A stretch of DNA of 64,000 bases from Eledone cirrhosa (GCA_964016885.1 OZ024745.1:113584001-113648000); one strand, 5' to 3'. Shown: positions 1 to 14,139, numbered from the stretch's first letter. Translations and numbers: made by a program. The notes: generated by a model not told the origin, from the sequence alone.

Positions 1-40
<40 letters not shown>

Positions 41-198
41 ACATATGTATCTACACATATATATATATATATATATATATTTATTAAATAACAGATTAAA
101 GTTTAAGCAAAGAATCGCTACGCTTCTTATATATTTCATATATATTTATCCTTATCGAGCCCTCTTTGGATTTTAGTCTTCAAATTTATTATTATTAC

Positions 199-395
<197 letters not shown>

Positions 396-1279
396 CTGCA
401 AGCCTGGCTTAGTAAAGATAAAAATGACAATTGATTTTCAACGATATGCTATAGTGAAATATTATATACATGACAAACAAATTGATATATATGTAAATAC
501 AATATATAAATTTTAAAATATATTCATAAATAATTAAAGAAATAAGTGAATACATCAATGAATATTGCATTATATTTTTCCTCCAATATGTTTCTAATGG
601 CAGTAAGAACATAAGAATTTACACACATACGGCAACGTCTTAAGTGGGCTACAGAAAGATTAGTTTGAGAATGTTATTGATTTTGTATACCTTGTTATAA
701 CACAGCATGTCTGTTTATGATGTAAATTGCTTATTTAATCAACAGTCAGGCGGTTAATTACCTTCTCCGAAGGAGCTTTAAATACGGAAACCGCCGAATT
801 TAAGTTTCCAAGACAGGTTACATATCACTACGAGTTTAATAGCAGGTAAAAACCGTAGACGTAGACATGGACATGGACTCTTATACATTAGTAGCTTATG
901 ACATAGGACGATATACGAAAGAAATCTAGCAGTGATATAATAGAATTAGCACAGTGAAAAGTACACAAAGCATACATTTCGTACGCCGCAAGAACAACCT
1001 CTATCATTATAGAATAGATGAATATGTCATTGAGAAGTTCACAAAACAAAACACCATGTATAACATTTAATGGCGAACTCCTAGCTAGAGTATATTACAA
1101 ACACACTTAAAAATGACAAAATGAATCAACTTAACCCCTGGAAAGAAACAATGCGGTTATTAATAAGAAGAGTTGAAATGAATACATGCAATATTTCACA
1201 GCTCTAGCATGACGCCTTTATATTCAGCCTATGAACTGTTCAGCCTCCCCTAGTATATATACGTGTTTGTGTGTGTGTG

Positions 1280-1327
<48 letters not shown>

Positions 1328-1391
1328 AATATAAGTATGTATAAGAGTGACTAAGAGTGAGAAATGAAATTTCGTTTCATTTTTTTCCATT

Positions 1392-1424
<33 letters not shown>

Positions 1425-1470
1425 ATATACATATATACATATATACATATATATATATATATACACACAC

Positions 1471-1651
1471 ATTGTCTTTGGCGGAATTTGAACTCAGAAA
1501 GCAGAAAGCCAAAACCGAATACCGCAACGCATACTATCCGACGTCATAATTGTTTCTGCTTTTGGCACAAGGCCAGCAATTACCCAGTACATTACTGGTA
1601 CTATCCGACGTCATAATGACTGCCAGTTCGCTGTCTAAAACAATATAACAA

Positions 1652-1729
<78 letters not shown>

Positions 1730-1751
1730 GTATATATACATATATATATAC

Positions 1752-1783
<32 letters not shown>

Positions 1784-2054
1784 GTATATATATATATGTA
1801 TATATATATATATGTATATATACATATATATATACATATATATATATGTATATATATATATGTATATATACATATATATTATATGTATATATATACATAT
1901 ATATATACATATATATATATATGTATATATATATATGTATATATACATATATATTATATGTATATATATACATATATATATACATATATATGTATATATA
2001 TATATATGTATATATACATATATATATACATATATATATATATATGTATATATA

Positions 2055-2121
<67 letters not shown>

Positions 2122-2289
2122 TTAGACAGCGAACTGACAGTCATTATGACGTCGGATAGTACCAGTAATGTACTGGGTAATTGCTGGCCTTGTGCCAAAA
2201 GCAGAAACAATTATGACGTCGGATAGTATGCGTTGCGGTATTCGGTTTTGACTCTCTGCTTTCTGAGTTCAAATTCCGCCAAAGACAAT
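1471..2289. repeat. Inverted repeat (~175-bp arms of SINE origin) around a ~465-bp (TA)-rich microsatellite
   Basis: 1471-1646 is the reverse complement of 2113-2289 with only a few mismatches. Confidence 0.95.
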
Positions 2290-2685
2290 TTTGCCTTTCA
2301 TTCTTTCGAGGTCTATAAAAACGTACAAGTCAAGGGTCATTTCTTCATCTATATCTTTTTCTCGCTTCCTTTCTCACCCTTTTCTATCCTTCTTGGGAGG
2401 AAATCTACTATGCTCAGACATGGAGAGGGATTGACTCCACCACCCTTAAAATGTCCACGAAACGCCGTGTGTCATTGCGGCACCCTTACGACTCAATCCG
2501 GAGTCACGAAACCATACCATACCTTACCATATTCTTTACATCATACACATTTTACTTCTATCAAACATTTTATATTTTATTCTAAGTTAATTCTGTTCAA
2601 ATATAATGTCTGAATATCGTTGTCCCATGTATCTAAGACTTAAGCTATCTATGATTTATGAAAATCCTGGCCTTCGTGTTAACTT

Positions 2686-2762
<77 letters not shown>

Positions 2763-4237
2763 TCTCTTTCTTACTTATATTTCGTCTGCATTTTCCTCTT
2801 CTCTTTTGTTTGTACATCCATTTTACTTCATTATTTTTCATGTCTTTTCTTATTCCCATTCTTTCTTTATCCCATTATTCTTTTCTTTTAAAGCTCGTGT
2901 CTTTGGCCTTTTTATGTCACTTTCACTCGGGCTTTATTGTTGTTCCTTATGTGGGTTCCTTTACGTTTTCCACACTCAAATACTCACAGACACAACACAT
3001 AATACACTTATATAGACACCATTTGTTTCAACATTAACTTTATTTATTTGATTCTATCAAAAAGATATTGAAATATTTTGTCAAATATATATTTCATTAT
3101 TCCTTATTTACTTATAATTATTTAACTAACAACTCCCTGATATTTACGCATGACTTACCCTGTTATTCCTATCCATATAGTATTTGTCCAGACTGCCACA
3201 TATATTAACTTCGTTACTATTTCCTACAAAATTTGTTGTGGTTATTGTTGTTTACCTCCCTGGTTTACAATCTAGTAGATTTATGTTAAAAGGCAATCCA
3301 ATCGGGCTTATCCTGTCTGTTGTTTGCAGACATAAGGCCTCTGTATCTGTATATCTGGTCTAGACTTCCCGATTTGTGGACGGTACGGTGTTATCTGATG
3401 TAGATTTTACCTCTATTTTTAGTAGGAGTCAAGTAACCATTTACAATGTTTCTCCTTCTTTTAGAAATGTATATATAAGTAAACAGGAAGAAGGAACAAC
3501 AAACTTTAGGCAATACAGTTCAAATTACACATAAATTGAAAACAGAATTGAAGTAAAATAAAACAACAGCTTACATCTAAAATTTATATTCCGTTTATAT
3601 TTCAAAAATCAAACAAATAGAAAAAAGAAAATGGAGTGTGATGGTGGTGTTGTGTTCGTCTATTTTGCACGCATATTTAGGAGTGGAAGTGGTGACATAT
3701 GCAGGCTGATATGGTTAAAATAATATATGCAAAAGTGTTAATATCTTTTGTATTATCAAACCTAAAACAATTTTTATGGTCTGTGCCCACCAGGAATAGA
3801 CAACGGGAAAACACTTCAATATATTGAATATCTGAAAATATAGAATATATTACATTTAAAGGTTTGCCAAAGATACGTGTCCATTGATGTTATCAATATT
3901 TTTGGTTTCCTTCCCATTTAAACACCTACATTTGTCTCTTCTTATCTCTCCTACACTACCATACACTGGCTGTTTCGTACGAATTCATCGTACATATTAC
4001 TTTAACCACATCGCTTTGCATATTTTGATGGTACCACATACCACTCTTTTCCTTGTGGTACCTAAAATAAGCTATTTGATGGTGCTCACACACTTCTATC
4101 CTGATTACATTTAAAAACAAATAGATTTTACATCTAACCGGGAAAATATACACAAAAAAATACATCGAATAATGGCGTATGCAATAACTTGAAAAGTCAT
4201 CCACCACCACTAACTCTCCTTTTTTACTTACATATAT

Positions 4238-4425
4238 AATTGTTTCTACTTTAGGCACAAGGCCAGCAATTACCCAGTGCATTACTGGTACTTTATTTTA
4301 TTGTCCCCGTAAGGATGAAAGGCAAAGTCAACCTCGGCGGGATTTGAACTCAGATCGTAAAGGGACGTAACTATGCTGGAAAGCATGGCGTCCGACCCTC
4401 TATCGATACTGCCAATCCACCGCCC
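4238..4425 (-). mobile_element. tRNA-derived SINE family A, full length
   Basis: Head GGGCGGTGGATTGGCAGTATCG...GAGTTCAAATCCC (A/B boxes). Central GCCTTTCATCCTTACGGGG..ATAAAATAAAGTACCAG (Meta-domain-like, from memory). Tail GGCCTTGTGCCTAAAGTAGAAAC. TSD CATATATAAT at 4231-4240 and 4428-4437. Confidence 0.92.
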
Positions 4426-5746
4426 TTCATATATAATATTATCAAAATTACATTATAAATACTAGAATTTTTTTAAAATGGGGAAGTACTTCAGACTTGA
4501 TCAGTTGCTGAATTTTACTATAGAAAGTAATATCTACGCTGAAGTACGTTCTCATATTAGGACGGAAGTGCTGATACATGCATACTCATTATAGAACTCT
4601 TCAATCAGAATGCTTCAGTTGACAATTACGCTATATAGCGTTATTTTTGCTGCATTTTCTACTGCACCTCCAACAACACGCGGTAAACAGTTGCAATCGC
4701 CTTTATTGTACTGTTCATACTGTACTAATGTCGTTATAAAGATTCTCAAAAGTGTAATTCAGTTATCAAATATACATTTAAAATTACTTTACAGTCAAAT
4801 AATCACAATTGTGCTGTTTCGAAAATGCATCAATAACATTCACTGCTCTTCTGAAATTATTATATACATAACATCTACTATCTCACCCTATGCCCTCGTA
4901 ATTCTTTCTCTGGTGAATCTTTATGTGCCTCACATCACAAAAGCAGCCCTAGTGATTTTGTCAAATCATTAAACCCTAGAATTTCATCCTTCTTGAATTC
5001 CTTTTTCCTCTACAGTTCTTTTACAAATGGTTATATGAAATATTAATGACACTAATGTCACTAATCGTTGACGATCTACTAAGACCATGTTTGTCACCAA
5101 TCCTTATCTCAATCAATAGTACATTTCTACTGCTTCTTTTGAAACTCACTTTCATATTTTTCGAATATCAATCATGAAACCGTAGACATTGCTAATAAAA
5201 TGAACAAAACAAAAATGATGTTTTAAATTAATGATATTTGCCTATTTTCAAAAGACATATACAACGAAAAAATAAATTTAATTTCAAAGTTTAAATATAA
5301 CATAGTATATAAAGAACGTTATTTCCATTTCAATATATCTTTTTTCGTCCAATTTATAAATTAAGAACATAATATTTAGAACAGACACAAACAATGGATA
5401 ATTTATATATATATTTTGATAATTTTCAGCTAAGCATATGTTCTATTTTCATAAAAAAGTAATAACAAACAAGCCATGATGTCTTCGCTCTTCATTAATC
5501 ATGGAAATAGAGGGTTTGTTGGCATTCATAAGATATAATGATATGATACAAAGTTTAGATATGTTGTTTAGCACAGAAATCTCAAAATAACAAATAGTTT
5601 ATTGATTATTTAATAGTTTTTGCATATAAAACCGTATGTACACTTTGGTGTGCACACGCATACACACACCACACACAAACATATATTCACACACACGCTG
5701 ATACACACACACACACATATATATGAATATATCCAAATTTGTCTAA

Positions 5747-5795
<49 letters not shown>

Positions 5796-5811
5796 TGTGT
5801 GTGTGTGTGTA

Positions 5812-5847
<36 letters not shown>

Positions 5848-5949
5848 CATACAACATTAAAAGAATTCATCTTTAAAGCGTATTTAAATAATTATTAAAT
5901 AAGTATTAAAATATGATACCATGCGTATATCACCATCAATACATATAAT

Positions 5950-8190
5950 ATATTTAGATCATTTATTACCCAAATTATTTTATTTAATTAGGATATTCTC
6001 TTTATAAAATCTTTACTATTCTTTAATTTTCATTTAATTCTTAGGATTAAACTGTAGTTATATTTACTCTCAAAAATGTTATTTCATTAATTTAATTAAA
6101 GGTTATATTTAGTTCTGTATTTACTTATTTTGATATATAGTTTCCTTTTAATGCTAGTCTATATATTATTAATCTACATATTTCATATTTAATATATTTT
6201 AGCAAAAAGAAAAGAAATTTTTACGGACAATGTAAATAAAAGGAAGATAATTCATTCACCATATACAAACATGTATAACTTATCTCTACTCTCACGTCCA
6301 GCGGTATTTCGAAAGCCATAATCATCATAATTGATGTCTAATTAAATATTGAACTGTCCTAATCAAAGCATAGGATAACGAGACTCTTAATGAAATTATT
6401 CTAATACATATAAATAAATTATTACCACAATAAGGCAAAACTTATATATATATTTAAATTATTGATTGTCAATATTTTTTCGAAACTTATACATTGCCTG
6501 GAAAGTTTTACCAATTTTATGGTGACAACTACTAAATAATTCATTTTTTTTTGTTGATTAAATTGTCATAATTTGTAATTATCTGTAGAATCTCAAGGTT
6601 ACAAAGATTGCAAATTTGCCAAATTGTTGAGTTCTGATAGGAAGCAACATTCTTTAATTTCGTTCAAGAGATGGAGTATTTAATATTATTGTCCTTTAAA
6701 GACCATACTAATTGTGAAAGTGAAGTTGAAAATTTCTTATCTGGTTTATTGAAATAATGTCTATGATTATCCAACGTTCCTTAAATTTAGATGAAGTGGC
6801 ACCTATGTAGTTATATATATTATTATTTTTCTTAATGGTACATATATATACTAGATTCTTATCAAGGCAATTATTTTGTAAAGGACATTCAGACCTCTTT
6901 CTACAATTACATTTCTTCGCAATGTTATTTACAGACCTTAAACTATTCACATTATTATTTAAAGGTATTCTACTATTATTCGTGTTTAAACTATTATTAT
7001 TGTTATTCCCATTAACTAATGTATTGTTATTATTATTGTTATTATTGCTAATTATAGGTTGGTTCAAATTAAGATTTTTATTATTTATTTTTGCTATATT
7101 TTGAGCAATATTCATAGTTGTGGAATAAGAAAGTTTAACTGTGTGTCTATTGAAGATAGAGTAATATTTATGTGACTTAGGGAAGCATTTATCCAAAGCT
7201 TAAAAGATAAATGTGCTACAGGTGTTTTAATAGCTAAAGATGCTGGCGGAGCATACCAAATTATAGATCTAGTTCTTATTTTTTTCCTCGATTTATTCAT
7301 CAAGTTGTTGTTTTTATATTCATTTTTATTATGATTACTGTGATTATAATTAATTTTATTTTCAGTATTCTTTTCTATATACTCAATATTATTGTTATAT
7401 CCAGCTTTATGTAATGCTTCATTATAATACAACCTTACTATTAAATATGGATCTATTAGCAGACAGCCTGGATATTCGCTGTTGTATACTGTTGACTATT
7501 ACATTCTTAACACTTTTAGGATGATTAGAATAAAAACTAACATAATTTAAGTTCTCATTGACTTTATGGAAAGGACAATAAAGGCCTGAGTTCAAATTTA
7601 AAGTCACATCTAAAACATTAACTATTTTATTATTATTTTCTACTTTTAATTTCAGGTCGTAATTTTAAAAAAATTCTATAATTACTTTCTTTACTCTATT
7701 TAATTCGCTATTGTTATGTTTTTCTACAATAAATAGTATGTCGTCCCTATATAAACCTCCGCTAATCTCCGGCAGTTTTCTATTTATCATGTTAAGGATA
7801 AAAGTTCCCACAAGATCTGTAACTTGCGCCGAATCTGACGACCCATAGTAATGTTAAAATTCTTCTGTCTACCCGACCTGGTCCAAAGATCATCCCGCCG
7901 AGGTTGACTTTGCCTTTCATCCTTACGGGGTCGATAAAATAAAGTACCAGTAATGCACTGGTTAATTGCTGGCCTTGTGCCTAAAATAGAAACAATTATT
8001 AAAATCAATCAAAGTTCGCTTTGCTGTTAACATAATATGTATCTCATCACTAGATAGGTCCGTGTGTTTATATGCATATGATAGCGCCTTATTTAATAGA
8101 TTAGGAGTTATCGAGGAATAATAACTCGCTTTATCCATTTGAATAACCTTATAATTATTTTTATTTTTGATATTATTATTTTAAAAATTA
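5950..8190 (-). mobile_element. Decayed Penelope-like element (RT + GIY-YIG), interrupted by a SINE
   Basis: Frameshifted minus-strand pieces: IQMDKASYYSSITPNLLNKAL, FNITMG..DSAQVTDLVG, GGLYRDDILF (RT), NYVSFYSNHPKSV, IIWYAPP, and CNCRKRSECPLQNNCLDKNLVYIC...YIGATSSKFKERW (Cys motif plus GIY-YIG). Boundaries approximate. Confidence 0.9.
7893..8000 (+). mobile_element. SINE family A, 5'-truncated, inserted in the Penelope RT
   Basis: Matches the 3' half of family A. Penelope coding sequence resumes on both sides. Confidence 0.9.
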
Positions 8191-8194
8191 CGAC

Positions 8195-8308
8195 CATAGA
8201 TACATACATGATGGCTGCCCCCTCGTTATCGAGTATGGCCATTGCACGAGAAAAAGAAGAAAAAACATAATAATAACAATAATAATAATAACGACAACAA
8301 CAATAATA

Positions 8309-8345
<37 letters not shown>

Positions 8346-8670
8346 CACACACGCACATAAACATATCTACACACACGATAGCAATTAACAGCGCTGCGAT
8401 CGAATGTGGCTTTTTAGCCCAGCCAATGATCTAAAATTACAACCAAAACATTCATAGTGAATAGCCGGCTGTGGTTGGAGTTCATGTATTTTTGCATGTC
8501 GTTTGAGCCCTCCTGCTGATTTACATTCTCTACCACATACTTGGCAAGCATGATGAGTAGCATCTCCAAAAGCAGTCAACCACTGGTCAACCACTTTATG
8601 ACTGCGAAGATGACTTTCGAGTCCAGCTTTGCTTAGGCAGAGTGTCGCACAGACGCTGCATGTCAGCGCC
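8195..8670 (-). mobile_element. RTE-like LINE 3' end with three C2H2-type fingers and (ATGT)n tail
   Basis: CSVCATLCLSKAGLESHLRSH, CQVCGRECKSAGGLKRHAKIH and CFGCNFRSLAGLKSHIRS. Stop at 8385, then a 3'UTR ending ...CTCGATAACGAGGGGGCAGCCATC-ATGTATGT. Confidence 0.7.
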
Positions 8671-8671
8671 A

Positions 8672-9130
8672 TACATACATACATACATACATACATACAT
8701 GGTGATTGCTTCATCTTTGGAGATGATTGCCGTCTCCCTATGCATCCCCATCAACCGTCACCAACTTCAAACGTCCGTTCATAGCCTCTTAGTCCAACAT
8801 TAGATTTTCATAGCCTCTTAGTCCAACATTAGATTTTCATAGCCTCTTAGTCCAACATTAGATTTTCACGGCCTGCAGCAAATGTGACAGACAAAAGATG
8901 TGCCCTCTATTGGATTGATTGGGTCAGTTTGTGGGATGTCATCCTTATGTGCCCTCATATGCCTTTTAAGACCAGAGATTGATTTGCAGATCTGTTTGCA
9001 CGCCACACATGTTGTCTCACCTAGCATTAGAGGGATAGAGTTGCATACAGTTGGCTTTTTATGTGATTTTAAATGAGTGATGTACCCATATTTAGAGAGC
9101 AGTAGACGACCACATACTTCACAAATCCAG
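8672..9130 (-). mobile_element. Second RTE-like 3' end (related subfamily) with three C2H2-type fingers
   Basis: CEVCGRLLLSKYGYITHLKSH, CVACKQICKSISGLKRHMRAH and a broken CHICCRP*KSNVGL. (CATA)n tail at 8672-8700. Contains a 29-bp x3 tandem repeat at 8778-8868. Confidence 0.65.
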
Positions 9131-9134
9131 CATA

Positions 9135-9600
9135 CATACAGACATATATGATAGCTGCAAACTCTGCTAAGAGTATTGCAATCGCTTGTCAGATTACCGA
9201 AAGTGGTGCACTTTTAGGCTACGGCCAGCCACACAAACCTGTAACATATCCTGAACAAGCAATGCCTGTGCTTTGAAGGTTTTTGAAGTGGGGAAAGGCC
9301 TTGCACTCGACCAATCCCACTCTCTGAGCATTGAAAACACTACCCGAAAAGGAGAACTGGTCAAAAATCCTTTGATGCTTCCGAAGCCTCGGGGTTTTTT
9401 TCAGAGTTTCCCTCTCCTAGAAAGGTGTTGTAATAACAACCGGGGGCCTTTCACTCCCAGGTGGAAAAAGAAAGTACTATTTGGATGGCCGTTGACTCTG
9501 CTGAGTTTTTTCGACCTTTGCCGGTTTAGGCGCCGCAGACCCGACCATGAGACTGTTGTACTGGGTTACATGTTACCAGTAGCACTCGAGAGCGACCTGA
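9135..9600 (-). mobile_element. Putative non-autonomous RTE-related element
   Basis: (CATA)-bounded. Shares motifs AAGCAATGCCTGTGC..TGAAG, CCCACTCTC and AGAGTTT.CCT.CTCCTAGAA with the 9667-10080 element. No coding capacity. Confidence 0.5.
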
Positions 9601-9666
9601 TATACATATATACATATATACATACATGCTTACATACATGCATACATACACACATAAATACATACA

Positions 9667-10080
9667 TGGTGGCTGCCTACTCGTTATCGAGTACGGACAC
9701 TACTTTATATCCATGTAGGAGAACCCCTACCGATGCGCTGAACAAGTGTGACTTTTTAGTCCAGCCAGCGACTTGAAAACCCTGGTACAAACACTACACT
9801 TGTGACAATTATTGACACATAGTCCTGGGCCCATGGTACCATGTGACGACAAGTGCAGAGAGATCTCCAGATATAAAGCAATGCCTGTGCCGTGAAGCTT
9901 TTATAGTGAGCAAAGGCACTGCACAAAGCCAGTCCCACTCTCTTAACCAAGATGATATTTACCAAAAAGAAGAACAAGTCAACATCATTGGATACCATCA
10001 GGGTTGCAGATGTTATATGAGAGTTTTCCTTCTCCTAGAATTCTGCCTTGACAAAGGCTAAGGAGTCATCTCTCCCGATG
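9667..10080 (-). mobile_element. Putative non-autonomous RTE-related element; second copy at 49714-49956
   Basis: 9667-9910 is nearly identical to 49714-49956. The end next to (CATA)n (TGGCTGCC..CTCGTT.TCGAGTA) matches the RTE end at ~8210. Confidence 0.65.
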
Positions 10081-10613
10081 ATTTGTATGTATGTATGTAT
10101 GTATGTATATATCTATGTATGTACATACGTACATACATACATACATATGACAGACAGAAAACACGTGCTTTTTTCTCCAAAAAATATTTTTCTGTTTCTT
10201 CCTCTTTTCTCATAATGGTTTAATTTGATTAGAAACTAGTCCGGATTAAGTTTTGATCCTCATAAGAATACAAAAATAACACGCAACCTCCTTTGGAATT
10301 CTACAATACGACGTTAAATGACATGATTATTAAAAACATTTAACTCTAATTTTAAATCATTACAATATTGCTACGATTGCAGAATTGAGTAATCCATCAT
10401 GTCAGTCCTTCTGTGCTATGAAAATTAAACGAACCAGCTATAAGGTAATAATAACATCTCTGAAAAGAGACGATGTGTATCCTCTTTGAAAACAGCCCAA
10501 CGAGATTAAAAAAAATTATTTTGATGGGTGACTGTCTTTGTTCAGAAAAAGTTAAAACCTGTTGTGTAGTCACAGATTTTATATGCATCTTCGTATGTCT
10601 GTATGCCTGTATG

Positions 10614-11022
<409 letters not shown>

Positions 11023-11039
11023 GGGGGTGGGGTAAAAGG

Positions 11040-11252
11040 TAAACAGAAATAACAAAGCAAAAGACACAATACGGTGAAGTAATATATTAGTTTAATGCTT
11101 GAAATAATAGGAAAAAAGTATTAATGTTTCTCACACTCATATGTCATCAGAAAATAGAATAAGGAATAAAAGATGAAATAGAAAGATAGAGAGTTAGAAG
11201 AGGAAGGAACGGAAAGAAAAGAAAAAATGACCACGTGCGTATTCAATCAACC
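11040..11252 (-). mobile_element. Short interspersed element (same family as 54390-54600) with CTGATGA...GAAA motif
   Basis: Shares GAATACGC..GTGGTC.TTTTT, TCTATTTTCTGATGA and ATTTCAAGC.TTAAACTAA with 54390-54600. Flanked by (TA)n. Confidence 0.6.
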
Positions 11253-11260
11253 ATTATATA

Positions 11261-11296
<36 letters not shown>

Positions 11297-11350
11297 TGTA
11301 TGTATGTATGTATGTATGTATGTATGTATGTATGTATGTATATATATATT

Positions 11351-11384
<34 letters not shown>

Positions 11385-11755
11385 TGCGTGTGTGAGTGTG
11401 TATGTGTGTATAGGTGTGTGTATATATGTGCGTGTATGGGTGAACTGTTGTGTAAGGGTATGACTGTAAAAATGTAGCGACTAATATGGCACCGTTTCAA
11501 ATCACGTATTAACATATGATGGCATCATAAGTGTGTATGATTTTGTATATATTACATGAGTGTTGTCTGCTCTGCGTGTATGTGTGTGTGTGTTGGAGGG
11601 GGGGGGGTCGTGTGTGTAGATGTGTAGAAAACTGTTATAAACACTTAAACAAATCGATAAATGCTGTTGGACTCAAACCAAAAGAAAATGCATTGAAATC
11701 TTCCGAAGAATAAGAAATGGCCAATTGCCAGTAGTTTTTGTTGTTTATATTATTA

Positions 11756-11788
<33 letters not shown>

Positions 11789-11800
11789 GTAGTATTATTA

Positions 11801-11846
<46 letters not shown>

Positions 11847-12692
11847 GTTGTTTTTGTTGTTGTTTTTGTTGTTGTCGTTTGCGATAAGAGGACTTGTGGG
11901 TTAGAGCTTTAAACAAGAATTAGATTTTACCACGTTCATTCGCGGAAATTTTTTATATTTTTCCCAAAAAGGCCTTTAGAAAACTTCTACTCTTGGAGTG
12001 GAAAAATAAGGTTTGTTTTAAATAATGTGTAGTCTTTAGTATTGATTGAAATTAACCACGATTGGAACAACGAAAAGAGGTGCTAGCCACAGGCATAGCA
12101 CCATCGAATAGGCCATTTAAAACATAAGAATTTATGAGAAAAAAAAAGAAAAAAAAACATTGTATTAAAAGATAAACAAAAACACATGACAAGTGAACAT
12201 GTTTTTGTAAACACATACACAGGTATCGAAAGCTTAAACTTTACTCAAATACCAGTAACGAAAGCTCAAACATTAACAACGAAAGCAACAAACGCAACAA
12301 CACATGCAGTTGCTAATAATTTCTGAAAACCTCAAGAATATTTCGATGCTCTATTCCACTTCGATGCTGGAAAGAGAGAGCTTGTTTATTTCCTCAAATG
12401 CTGAGTCTAATAAAAAGAACGAAATATTAGCATGATTGAGGAGGAGAAATAGGGCTTTAAATAATAGATGGTTGATAAAGAACAAGTCAGAGTTCAATGG
12501 TGCTAGAGTATATTGGGTCATTCGCGGACCGACTGAAATTGAAATTGCTCAAAAGCAATTTTGTAGAATTGTGTTTGTATAACGTGATGAGAACAGAAGT
12601 TGGTCATAGTCATGTTGGTATATGCTATACCTGCATAACGGCTTCTCACTAGTACATGTGTGGAGTTTTATTATTAATATCCATCCATCTCA

Positions 12693-12906
12693 GGGTGGTG
12701 GATTGGCAGTATCGGTAGAGGGTCAGACGCCATGCTTTGTAGCATAGAGTTACGCCCCTTTATGATCTGATTTCAAATCCCACCGAGGTTAACTTTGCCT
12801 TTCATTCTTACGGGGTCGATAAATAAAGTACCAGTAACGTATCGGGGTCGATTTAATCGACTTTCCCCTTCCCCAAATTACTGGCCTTGTGCCTATACTA
12901 GAAATC
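12693..12906 (+). mobile_element. SINE family A (longer variant)
   Basis: Full head, central domain and tail, with an extra GGGGTCGATTTAATCGACTTTCCCC hairpin segment. Approximate TSD TTATTA.TATCCATC. Confidence 0.9.
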
Positions 12907-12985
12907 ATTATTAGTATCCATCTCTAATTATTTTGTGTAGAGAATTTTCTAAATAATTGTTCATATTCTTATTTCAATTTTATAG

Positions 12986-13193
12986 GTCAGCATTCAAGAC
13001 CAAACAAAAAAACGAGATGTTGAAGAGGGCTTCCTTTAACATACCGTCTTTTGTTCTACATTATGTCATCAATGGTCAAGATTGGCCTGAAGGTGATGAG
13101 GTATATCACAGCTGGATTAGCGTCCCCACATTACTTATAAATGGACGAGATGATACATTTGCCACGTTAGAGGATGCTAAGCTAATGAAAGCA
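12986..13193 (+). CDS. ABHD8: Internal coding exon of ABHD8-like alpha/beta hydrolase
   Basis: Acceptor tttatAG at 12984-85 and donor GTAAGT at 13194. Translation SAFKTKQ...FNIPSFVLHYVINGQDWPEGDEVYHSWISVPTLLINGRDDTF closely recalls ABHD8 (FNVSSFVL..M.GQYWPEGDEVYH...VP.LL..G..D.F) and includes the likely catalytic Asp. Ends in phase 0. Upstream exons were not found in the window. Confidence 0.88.
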
Positions 13194-13679
13194 GTAAGTA
13201 TTCTTCTATTAAAACAAATTTGAATTTAAATTTGATTGGTTGAAATTAAAAAGAATATTTGGAACGATATTGTTGAATTTTAAATATTGATCACGTTGAG
13301 ATGAACCTCAAACATGATATCACTATACATACGTTTTCTTAGAACTTATATAAGCTAAATGTCAATAATTTATTCATGTATTTCGAATATATTACCTTAA
13401 CGTCACTAATATGTTCCTATTACTACCGTAAATTTCTTTATCATAGCCATTGAGTATAAAGGAATTTGCGATATTATATCATCAAATTATATCATGAAGC
13501 AATAGTATTTTACATCTCTTTCTTGAAAGGAAATAGAAAACTCGCACCAATTTAGTCTAAGTGTAGTTTCTTTTTAATGAGCACAGGAAATTATTATAAG
13601 TTCCATTGCTCGACATGAATTGTTTTTAGAATATACCTGGCCAAACTTCTTCGGCTCTTTAGAACAGAGGTGATCCTGT

Positions 13680-14030
13680 CAAACATTCTTGTGACGCTAA
13701 ACTCCGCCAGTTGCAGACTGCGTATTAATATGTGATATCACTCTCCACAAAGTTCGATCACCAACAGCAGAGTTCAAAGAGCAAAGATCAAGTCCCTATA
13801 TTGACCTCGTTTAGCCATCGTTTTGGTTGCCGGCCCTTGCTTCTCTTACCAGCCAACCTTCCTTCCTGGCATAACCTACTCACACCACGAGTTGATCTTT
13901 TGATATGGCCGTATAGTTTGAGTATTCTTTACTTGACAATTGATGTAATTGGTCTAAGTTTGGTAATGTTGAGCAGTTCACTGATACAGATACGGTCGCT
14001 GAGCCGCTTGCCAGTCATAAGTCAAACATT
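13680..14030 (-). mobile_element. Degenerate RTE-clade LINE 3' fragment in the ABHD8 intron
   Basis: Minus-strand translation ILKLYGHIKRSTRGVSRLCQEGRLAGKRSKGRQPKRW matches the typical RTE C-terminus (L.Y/FGHI.R....EG...GKR..GR...RW). Confidence 0.7.
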
Positions 14031-14139
14031 ACAGTACTTTCAATTAATTGAAATATTCAAATATATAATCAGTTTATATGTTCATCAATCACTGTTTAAA
14101 ATGTTACTAATATCATTATTTTACTCTCATTGTTTTCAG

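Noticed and set aside
600-1255. Possible CR1/Jockey-like LINE 3' remnant; similar faint LINE traces at 3780-5200
   Set aside because: Only hints such as LFSLP; too degraded to support a feature call.
8385-8714. Host C2H2 zinc-finger gene
   Set aside because: No TGEKP linkers, the start lies in a microsatellite, and it is followed by a retroelement-type 3' end and tail.
8778-8868. CRISPR-like 29-bp repeats
   Set aside because: Contiguous tandem copies with no spacers, in a eukaryotic context.
12590-12625. VGHS-like sequence as the ABHD8 nucleophile exon
   Set aside because: Reads VGHSHV rather than GHSxG and lacks a convincing exon context.
13732-14139. First 136 aa of the 1710-aa ORF
   Set aside because: Lies in the ABHD8 intron and is largely the antisense of an RTE remnant. 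The real exon starts at the acceptor at 14140.
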